From a virus, in the IMG/VR virus record IMGVR_UViG_3300049893_001984, positions 1 through 64,000 of that record: a DNA stretch of 64,000 nt. One strand, 5' to 3'. The stretch's first letter is position 1. Each line of letters begins with the position of its first letter. Below are positions 55,188-63,600 of the stretch, one piece after another. The position numbers and the translations under genes are program-made. Under the pieces are notes generated by a model. That model did no database searches, was not told the origin of the DNA, and was given only the letters and a program-made list of their open reading frames with translations.

Positions 55188-57032
55188 TTAGTAACCAACG
55201 CCATCAGGCGGTTTACCAAACTCGGTGCCTTGTGCCAGTGCTGGTATATACGAAGTTCCGTGCACATTGGAATCTCTGCCGCGATGGGTTGACTCAAGCA
55301 ACCCTTTCTTAGACTGCCATCCGCCCAACCTGACCATCCAATCATCAGCGTGCGACAGTGTTTCCATCGCGCGCTGCATTTCAGGTTGAAACGATGGCGG
55401 GTCCACGTGCGCCTTAACAGTTCCGAACTTATGCTCGTCTAAAGTCTTTATTACACTTGGTGTTATCTTTGTTCCTATAGAGTAATGTAACGCCGGTTGC
55501 TCTAGATACAAGCCTCTGGCTTGTTTAGGCTCCAGTGTTTTATGTCCAAAACGAGGTTTGTAGTCGCGGACAAGATTATCGTACTCAACGACGTCATCAG
55601 GAACTGTGTCATGTGGGCCGTCAATATCAGTAACCTGTACGTGATTTATAAGCCCCCTCGATAACAATTCCACGTTCCGTCTATGTGCAGCGAGTCCTGA
55701 CTCCTTTAGTGTTTTGTGCAGGTAATCAGTGAAGTAACGTCTCCCTTCACCAATCCCTTTGTGACGGACAATGTCTGCTGGGTTAGGTATGCCTGTAGAC
55801 ATAATGTCACCAGCTTCCACTTCATCACCTTTCTTTACGTGAATATTTTCATCCGCAGGTGCCCAGTGCTGTGTGTTACCCACATAAATGTAGTTACCGC
55901 CTTGGGGGGCTGGCTCAATCCTCTCTACCCTGCCTTCTACCTGTGAAATGGCGGCTGCCCCTGCAAACGTTTTAGGAACTTGGACTAACTGAGTAATAAG
56001 GTCTAAGCCTTGCTTCGTCTGCTTCTTTACACCAGATACAAGACCGCCTCCATGCTTTGTTCCAAGTTGGCCCTGTCCGATCGGTTCACTTATTGCCTGC
56101 GCGGCTGCGATTCCGGGGTTATCACCGATTGGTGAAAATCCGTTTCTTTCGTGAATGCCAACACACTTCTGGCAAACACCGTGAGAAGACTGACATGAGA
56201 TAGGTGAGCGTACAACTATTTTCTTGTCGCCAAGCGTCTGAAGGTGCTTCGGAGTCAATATAGTTCCAGCCGCAAGTCCACCTGCTGGAAAAGCTAGAAC
56301 AGCCCCCTCATTCTCGGGGTCGCTAGCACTAACTGGCATACCATTAACTGTTCCACAATCCTTCTCGGTAATCATGAGCCGGTGTGCGGCCAAGGCCATC
56401 TGTTTACCAAGGAACCCCGCTTTAGGGGTGGCAAACTTAGTGGCAACGCTGCCCTTTCTAGCGCCGTAAGAACCAGCCCAGTACTGAACAGGGTCAAGCC
56501 CCTCGGCATAGCTGGAAAGAATGGGGATGGGGATAGGCTGATCCTTATGGTCAGCCACCATCAAATCTCCAGCTGTCATAGACCGAAACTGTGCTTTATT
56601 ACCGCGTGACCCGGAGTGGACCTGGACTGCCAATGAGTTATTGTTCTTGAAGTGTTCTTCAAAGTTGGCCTTTTCTACAGGATCCACATACGGGACTACA
56701 GTAGACACAATTTCCTTATCTTTGGCAGTCTGGTCTATTGGTTTGGTTAAAATATTATTTATCTTACCCTGCAACTCATCGCGTAACTTCTTTACGCCCT
56801 CTGGCGGCTTAAGGTTAGAAAGGGAGAAAGAAGTCTCTCTCCCGTGCGTAGTTATGATCTTTGTGGCTATGTTATGCAGCTTCTGATTGATCTCTGAGTA
56901 TTTGTCTGGATAACGTTCGGCCACCTGGGTCATCAAATTCTTGAGACCCTTTTTATCAATAACGCGGCTGCTGTCCCGAAGGTCTTCGGGCAGTGCCTCG
57001 TTAAGCATAAGCTGGCCTACAGTCATTTCCAT
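55188..57032 (-). CDS. rpoC: RNA polymerase beta-prime subunit, C-terminal half
   Basis: SGSRG, bridge helix GLDPVQYWAGSYGARKG...DCGT, Zn site SPISC...CQKC, trigger loop EPIGQGQLGTKHGGG. Confidence 0.9.
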   Translation of the reverse strand: MEMTVGQLMLNEALPEDLRDSSRVIDKKGLKNLMTQVAERYPDKYSEINQKLHNIATKIITTHGRETSFSLSNLKPPEGVKKLRDELQGKINNILTKPIDQTAKDKEIVSTVVPYVDPVEKANFEEHFKNNNSLAVQVHSGSRGNKAQFRSMTAGDLMVADHKDQPIPIPILSSYAEGLDPVQYWAGSYGARKGSVATKFATPKAGFLGKQMALAAHRLMITEKDCGTVNGMPVSASDPENEGAVLAFPAGGLAAGTILTPKHLQTLGDKKIVVRSPISCQSSHGVCQKCVGIHERNGFSPIGDNPGIAAAQAISEPIGQGQLGTKHGGGLVSGVKKQTKQGLDLITQLVQVPKTFAGAAAISQVEGRVERIEPAPQGGNYIYVGNTQHWAPADENIHVKKGDEVEAGDIMSTGIPNPADIVRHKGIGEGRRYFTDYLHKTLKESGLAAHRRNVELLSRGLINHVQVTDIDGPHDTVPDDVVEYDNLVRDYKPRFGHKTLEPKQARGLYLEQPALHYSIGTKITPSVIKTLDEHKFGTVKAHVDPPSFQPEMQRAMETLSHADDWMVRLGGWQSKKGLLESTHRGRDSNVHGTSYIPALAQGTEFGKPPDGVGY

Positions 57033-58696
57033 TAATGCATCGCTCCCATGGATCCAGGTACGGTACCTAAGTGTTTAGCACCCGGAGCCGTCCTACCAAT
57101 TGTGGTAGTTTCCTTCGAAGTTCCACCAGGCCCGCTGCTCTCGGTTGTAGTTGATGTGCCAGTGACCGGCGTGTTTCGCATCCTCTGTTTATCTTTGTAA
57201 GCCCGCTCAGCCTCAGATCTAAGGCCTGGATTGCTTAACCTGCTGAGGTCAGGCTTTTGTGTTATGTTACTTCCTATAGGCTTGTTGTTTATCTCCGTCG
57301 TCGTTGTGGTCGACTTAGCCGCTGGCGCTTGTGTTTCCGGTGGAGATGACATAGGCGCCGTTGCTGCCGCTGGTTCTTGTGTGGCTGCGGGTGCCTGCAA
57401 AGGAGCGGAAGGGGCTGCTTGCGCTCCAGCCATACCGCCAGTCATACCAGTAGCAGTACTACCCGCCATACCTCCAGTCATGCTAGCAGCTGTACCACCA
57501 GCCATACCGCCAGTCATGCCAGTAGTCGTACTACCGGCTGCACTACCCGCCGTACTACCAGCCGTACCACCAGCTGTGCTTCCCCCAGGACCTTCCGGCT
57601 TAGGTACAGCCGCATCAGCAGGTTTACTAGCCGTCGCACCTGAATTCGTCGGTGCTCCTGCCATACCAGACATACCACCCATCGCAGCGCTCATGCCAAT
57701 ACTCTTACCCTTTGCCTGGTTATTAGCCAATGGGGGGGTTGGCACTACGCTTTCTCTAGGATGCCCTTCATGCTCTTTCTCTGAGATCCCAGGGCGGGTA
57801 TACCGTTCTTTCAGTGCAGTTTTCAACTCAGGGAACTTTGCGGCCAACCGCTCTTTCTCTTTCTGGCTAGCTCCACCGTACATACGAAGAACCTGTCCTG
57901 GGTCCATATTATTGGCCAAAGCAGTTTCAATCTTTTGATCTATGCCACTTCTGCGTGCGTCACGCATCTTCAGCATTTCATCTCTTCCGCCTTCGTTCCA
58001 TGAGCGATCTATCTTCTCGGCGGCAGTATGCGGATCTTTACCGAACAGACCCTGCCAGGCCATTGAACCTAAGCCTTTTACAGTTCCTGTAATGGGAGAC
58101 AACCAACCGCCACCCATCGTTGTGTCTTTGTATGTCTTCTGTCCAGCTTCGAACGCGTCTCTAAAATCCCCATCACCCCAAAGAAACCCAGCCAGCTTGC
58201 TCATTGCTTCTGCGTCTTCTTTGTCGAAACCATTTTCAGCGCAAAATCTGTCAATGCCAAACTGAAAAGCGGCCATCTTGTTGGCTAAAACTATTGGGTT
58301 TAAAGGAGCTGAAACAGCTCCAGTAACTGGATCTTGAACGATGACCGGCTGTCCACCGTTAAGATCCTGCATTTTTGCTTGCTCGTAAAGCATTTGTCGC
58401 TGACGTTCTTTAATAATCTCTTTTTGCATCTTATATGTATCTTCGTACATCTTAGCTGCTTGGTCGTGCATCTGCGCAACATTAGCTACCTGCTGCTGAG
58501 TCGTGTCCATGCCTACTGCTTTATTGGCCATAACCTGCATACCAGTTCCGAGGCCAGTTTGTACGGCCAAGGTGGGGCCTTGCTCTTTAGTGATGCTCCA
58601 AATAGCAGCGGGTGCCTTTCGCACGTTTTTAATAATATCACGTACGAAAGCTTCCTTGGTAAGGTTTAGCTTTGAGATCTCGTATGGGTTATGCAT
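57032..58696 (-). CDS. K-x-A putative internal head protein with Gly/Met/Thr repeats
   Basis: KEA at residue 14-16, KMA, KLA; repeated MTGGMAG segments. Confidence 0.7.
   Translation of the reverse strand: MHNPYEISKLNLTKEAFVRDIIKNVRKAPAAIWSITKEQGPTLAVQTGLGTGMQVMANKAVGMDTTQQQVANVAQMHDQAAKMYEDTYKMQKEIIKERQRQMLYEQAKMQDLNGGQPVIVQDPVTGAVSAPLNPIVLANKMAAFQFGIDRFCAENGFDKEDAEAMSKLAGFLWGDGDFRDAFEAGQKTYKDTTMGGGWLSPITGTVKGLGSMAWQGLFGKDPHTAAEKIDRSWNEGGRDEMLKMRDARRSGIDQKIETALANNMDPGQVLRMYGGASQKEKERLAAKFPELKTALKERYTRPGISEKEHEGHPRESVVPTPPLANNQAKGKSIGMSAAMGGMSGMAGAPTNSGATASKPADAAVPKPEGPGGSTAGGTAGSTAGSAAGSTTTGMTGGMAGGTAASMTGGMAGSTATGMTGGMAGAQAAPSAPLQAPAATQEPAAATAPMSSPPETQAPAAKSTTTTTEINNKPIGSNITQKPDLSRLSNPGLRSEAERAYKDKQRMRNTPVTGTSTTTESSGPGGTSKETTTIGRTAPGAKHLGTVPGSMGAMH
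57428..57590. repeat. degenerate coding tandem repeats (MTGGMAGxTA / GSTA)
   Basis: Three CCATACC(G/T)CCAGTCAT units about 36 bp apart plus 12-bp GSTA-type repeats. Confidence 0.7.
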
Positions 58697-58896
58697 CTTG
58701 CATTCAATCCTATACCAAGGCCCTTTAATACATTAACGAAGTCGGGCTCCCCGGCACTACATGTATATATACTACCCTTATCTAGCTTCTGCACAACGAG
58801 TATCGGGTTATTGAAATCATCGTAAACTACAATGGAGCGTAAGTCATTCAAAATGACCGGCTCCGATAGGTCGGAGCCGGTTGTCCGTGTGTGCAC
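58666..58896 (-). CDS. small hypothetical protein
   Basis: GTG start behind AGAGGTG; contains an 11-bp perfect hairpin at 58856-58881. Confidence 0.7.
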   Translation of the reverse strand: MHTRTTGSDLSEPVILNDLRSIVVYDDFNNPILVVQKLDKGSIYTCSAGEPDFVNVLKGLGIGLNARCITHTRSQS

Positions 58897-58918
58897 GATT
58901 ACACCTCTCTAAACCGGG

Positions 58919-59806
58919 TTAACCGCGTATAGCTCTCAGTATGTTCTTGATAGTTTTACGCCGGTCCTGGTCATGCTCGTAGGAAGCTTGAACCTGCATT
59001 CCGCCAGGAGCAGGCTGGCCACCTGCACTAGGGTCTGCCGGAGGAGCAGCGCCCATTGACGGGTCTCCGCCAACCATAGGAGTAGGTCCAGCCATATCAG
59101 GGGAAACCCCTGCCCCAATTGGGGCTGGCGCACCGCCAGGTTGATCTTGTCCACCAGCCGAGTCCTGACTCCCACCACTAGACTGGGGGGCAGAACCGCC
59201 TCCAATAGGGAGACCAAGTGCGCCAGCAATCTGCAGCATAATCTCTTTCATGGAGCGCACTTCTTTTTCTACGGCTTCCATGCGTATGTCGTTCTTGGCG
59301 CCCTTACCAGCTCCTTTAGCTCCGCCAGAGTTGGGGTCGTTAGGTGCACCTCCGCCTCCACCCTGCTGTCCGCCCATTGCTTGAGCTGCTTGCATAATTA
59401 GCTGCTGAAGATCCTGAGGCTGAAGCATAATAGGGGCGCCCGGTCCGCCACCTATCGCTGCCGGGTCTCCACCTTGGCTGGGGTCGGCTGGGGCTCCGCC
59501 GCCTTGACTGGGGTCGGGGGGCATCCCACCTGCTGAGGGGTCTTGGGGCGGCGGACCTCCAGGACCAGGAGGCGGCCCACCACCCATAGGGCCAGGAGCA
59601 CCACCACCAGGAGGCATGCCAGCAGGAGGCGGTCCTCCGGCCCCCATTGGGACGAACGCCCTTTTCTGGAGAGTTTCAGCTGTCTTTGCCGCGTTTGTTG
59701 CTGTTGCTGCCACAGCTGCCGCTGCAGCCTGCTTTGTGTGCTGCTGTGCGTAAGCCATTCGTGCTGCGAGTCTGGCTTTTTGGAATACATCGAATTCGCC
59801 TTTCAT
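58919..59806 (-). CDS. Pro/Gly-rich K-x-A putative internal head protein
   Basis: KQA, KTA, KRA then long GGPPP/DPS tract with a central short helix. Confidence 0.75.
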   Translation of the reverse strand: MKGEFDVFQKARLAARMAYAQQHTKQAAAAAVAATATNAAKTAETLQKRAFVPMGAGGPPPAGMPPGGGAPGPMGGGPPPGPGGPPPQDPSAGGMPPDPSQGGGAPADPSQGGDPAAIGGGPGAPIMLQPQDLQQLIMQAAQAMGGQQGGGGGAPNDPNSGGAKGAGKGAKNDIRMEAVEKEVRSMKEIMLQIAGALGLPIGGGSAPQSSGGSQDSAGGQDQPGGAPAPIGAGVSPDMAGPTPMVGGDPSMGAAPPADPSAGGQPAPGGMQVQASYEHDQDRRKTIKNILRAIRG

Positions 59807-59809
59807 GTC

Positions 59810-60061
59810 TTACCTTTCAAAACGGTTTAAGTTTCTGGCAATCCCTGCTCTAACTGGCGCGCGGCGCGCACCAGGTTTCTCGTTTGCAACAAGCTGATCT
59901 ATCGTCTTCTGCTTATCTGCATCCCACACATCCTCTATTGGATTACCATTACTGTCTTTGGCCGTCTGGGTCAAGGTATGATCCATAGCGGCACGACGAG
60001 CCTTCCAAGCCTCAGCCTGTTTCTGTAGTGCCATGCTTATAAGGTATCGGCAGTGGTTCAT
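59810..60061 (-). CDS. small protein with degenerate MNHL-type tag
   Basis: Starts MNHCRYLISMALQKQA. Confidence 0.7.
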   Translation of the reverse strand: MNHCRYLISMALQKQAEAWKARRAAMDHTLTQTAKDSNGNPIEDVWDADKQKTIDQLVANEKPGARRAPVRAGIARNLNRFER

Positions 60062-60654
60062 TCTTGTCTTCCGCTAGCGCGCAGGGATTCAGCTATGAGC
60101 TTAGCTCGCTCTTCCTTACCATATCGTTGGGCGAGGTAACCAAGGCCTCCGCCAGCAGCAGTGCCTATCAAGGCGCCAATGCCTGGACGGCTAGAGTGAA
60201 GTTCGCCTAAAACTGCACCCAAGCTGCCCCCTGTTCCAGCGCCAAGGGCTGGTATTAGCCAAGGATTACGTGAACTTTCAGCTGCTTCGCCTAAAGCCAT
60301 AATTTCCTCTGGCTTATACTTGTGTTTCTTGTCTATACGCCCTTTGAGATGGTCGTTATATAGCGTGTCTACGTTATGGTCTTGTAGTTTGTTTTCTAGA
60401 TAACCAATACCAGCGCCAATACCTCCACCTACAGCCGCTCCAAGCCATGGCTTAGGATTGTCAAAACCATGGCTGGCGATGGCGCCTAACCCAGCACCTG
60501 CAAGTGAATTACCTCCAATGGTTAAAGCACGGGATAGGGGAGGGTTCATTTTATTCCGCATATACTCAGCAGCAGCGCCTTCGTCCAAATACAGGTCTGG
60601 TTCGTGAACAAACCCACTAACTGCGGATTTAATTAGATAGGACAAGTGTTTCAT
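60058..60654 (-). CDS. MNHL-type tagged glycine-zipper protein
   Basis: Starts MKHLSYLIKSA; four GxxxG hydrophobic segments in two repeats. Confidence 0.75.
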   Translation of the reverse strand: MKHLSYLIKSAVSGFVHEPDLYLDEGAAAEYMRNKMNPPLSRALTIGGNSLAGAGLGAIASHGFDNPKPWLGAAVGGGIGAGIGYLENKLQDHNVDTLYNDHLKGRIDKKHKYKPEEIMALGEAAESSRNPWLIPALGAGTGGSLGAVLGELHSSRPGIGALIGTAAGGGLGYLAQRYGKEERAKLIAESLRASGRQE

Positions 60655-60656
60655 TG

Positions 60657-63600
60657 TTAACCTTTCACCACGACCTTATCGTGGATATCAATATCGCCAC
60701 GCTGGTATGCGGCTATAACATCCGCCTTTGAGCGGAAAACCCTGGGCGGCTTATCGTTCTTTGAATTGCTAGCCAAATACAGACCCATCAGGAACTCATT
60801 GCGCGGCAAATAATGTACACCAAAGTCACGCGTAGACTTCAGGTTAACACTTGGCAGCATTTTCTCTCGTGCTTCTTTTACCGCTTCTTCAGTCACAGGT
60901 ACATGATAATTCATAGCGTCGCCGTCAAAATCAGCGTTGAATCCATTACACACGACTGGAGGAAGCTGCAAAGTGTGGCCTTTACTAAGTTTAGGGAACG
61001 CTGCCATGAAGCCATACCTGTGGTAAGTTGGCGCACGGTTAATCATAACCGGTCGCTCTTTCATCTCTTCCAACATCGTCTTACGAGCCAGGTCTGTCTG
61101 GTTGGCAACTGATTTAGCTGCCTCAACGGCGGGCAAACCTTGCCGAATAAGGCGGCGTACAATAAACGGACGGTAGATCGTCCAAGCCTTAGGCTCCGGC
61201 AACCCCACCTCATCCATACTCAGGTCAGGGTTAGGTGTGATAGCTGCGCGGCCAACCATGTCCACAGGCATACCAAGGACACGGCGCTGGAACATACCCA
61301 TCTTGGGGCTGTTTCCAAAGACGTGGGCCAACAGACCCTTAACCTTCTTCTCCTGCGTCTTCTCCTGCACAGGGTCACCCAAGCCTGACACAGCCTTAAC
61401 AGCGTTATAAAGCTGCAACCGTTCTTCGTTAAGGTGCTCATCGCCAACCTGACCAGACAGGTCCTTAAGGGCCTGGTTAGAGGTCATGAGATCCTTGTAC
61501 AGAAGGTTAGCGTCGGCAACCAAAGGAAGATCCTTGAACTTGGTGATTGGCCTGAAGTTAGGGGGTATCACCGGAACCTTATTCATCATAAGTTCCTTGG
61601 GGTGTGTACCTTCCTTCTTCAAGGTCTCCAAGTAACCCAGGACCTTTACAGCGTTATCACGCTTACTCTTGGCACCGTCTTTAATAATGCTCTTATAGCG
61701 TTCAATTTCACCATCAACGTTTATGCGCCCCAACGCAGCTTGAATAGCTTTTGGTCCAGTTGCACCACCAAGCTGTTCTTGCCCGCCCAGGATTGCCTCA
61801 AACTTCTTTCCAGTCAGTCCAAGCATGCGCCTAACCGGTTCTTCAAACACAGGGTTAGGCATGGGTTCGTGCAGGTTGATGTGTCCCCATCTATTACCAC
61901 CGTGGCCACCAGTAATAGTACGGTCAAACAGGCCACCAGGAATCTCAGTCATGTCGTTCTGATCGACAGTCTTGTTTTCCTTGATCTCACCACTGCTCAT
62001 CTCGTCTACATGCTTGTCTGTAAGAGCGAACAGATGCAGCTTGTTGCCGTCCTTTTCCACGTTTATGCCTGCGCCCTTCAGGTGGGCTAGGAACTTATTG
62101 TAGATCAGCGGTTCCTTAGGTGAAGGAGGGGTAAGCCCCATACGGAAGGCTTTCCAGTAGTCGTCATTGCGCTGACCACGGATAACCTGTGCTTCCCTAA
62201 GAACGTTAGGAACGCCGTGAGACAGCAGGGAGAAAGTCTCCATCTGGGAGATTCTCTTCGCACCCTCATCGCCGCCCCTGGCGGGAAGGCCCTCACTTGT
62301 GTACCCACCAACGTCTCTACCTTTACCTTTACCTTCTGCCAGGTGGTGCAGCTTCATCATGAAACGCTCACCAGTCAGAACCCCAGGTATTGACTTCCCT
62401 GTTTCAGGATCAACCAGGTCCTCTGTGTCCTTAAGCCCATGCTTAGCCAGCTCTTCTTGTACGTGGTCAACGCTAGCCTTACCTTTAAGACCAAACCCAG
62501 GCAGAAGAACAGGTTGTCCTGTCTTACGAGCGATCTTACCGAGCAGCGCTTCATACACCTGGCTGGGGTTGATACGGGAGATGATACCCAGGGAGTTAAG
62601 GATCAGTTCCAAGGGTTTGCCGTCTTTGGAGTGAGGCATCTGGTGGTCAGGGATAACCCGGCTGATAACACCCTTATCACCGAAGAACCCGGCCAGCTTA
62701 TCGCCCTCTTGGGCAGGGGCATGGCTCTTGACAGTGATGTTCCAATCACCGTTCTTGTTCTGTGTGACGTCGGTTACAACACCATCGTGTACGTGATCCC
62801 ATTCCATGGCTCCGTTGGAGAACATGGGTTTATGCCCTTTATGCACAGCGTCCTGCTGGCTGCGTCTAAGGGACAAGAACAGAGGATCTCCATGCTTAAC
62901 GACCGTGCCAACCTTCACCACACCGTTTTCATCGATAGGCTTCAGCTGGTTTGGTTTATAGGCCCCAGGATATAGTGACAGAAACTGTTTTCTGCCTAAC
63001 ACTGTTTCACCCGGAGTGTGTTCTAGCACGCGCTGATACATGTGCTCACTACGCAGGCGCTGGGCGGCTGACTCACTGATGATCACACCGTCTTCGAAGG
63101 CCAAACCCTTGTACGGCATATAGCCAGTACGCAGGTTAGTGCCCATGGCTATCTGGCCTTTGTCGTCCGTGTAGTTACTCTTGGCCAGGAGCTGGCCTTT
63201 GCCAACTGCGTCGCCAATCTTAACAACGGGCGTGTTGTGCAGGAACGTGTTATGGACGATCAACCCACCGCACACTGCAAAGTTCTCGGAGCCTTCCACA
63301 CAGAGGTCATAAACGAAGTCTTCGTTAGGGTGTGGGGTGATGTCCGTAATCAAATCCCACATAACATCGGACCTGCCCCACTTGCCGTAGGTGCCAGAAC
63401 CTTCTCTCAACCTATCCTTAGCTACAAATCCCAAAGAAGCGGTTTTGTATCTAAACATTGAAGCCGACTCAAACTCCTTGTACATAGCCTTTCTACCAGC
63501 TTTAGTTACTGGCACAGACTCAAAAGGAGATGCCCTGAACTTCTTCTTGAGTTTACTGGCAAACCTGGCTTGTTTGTCTGCGTAGAAGAACCAGCTATCC

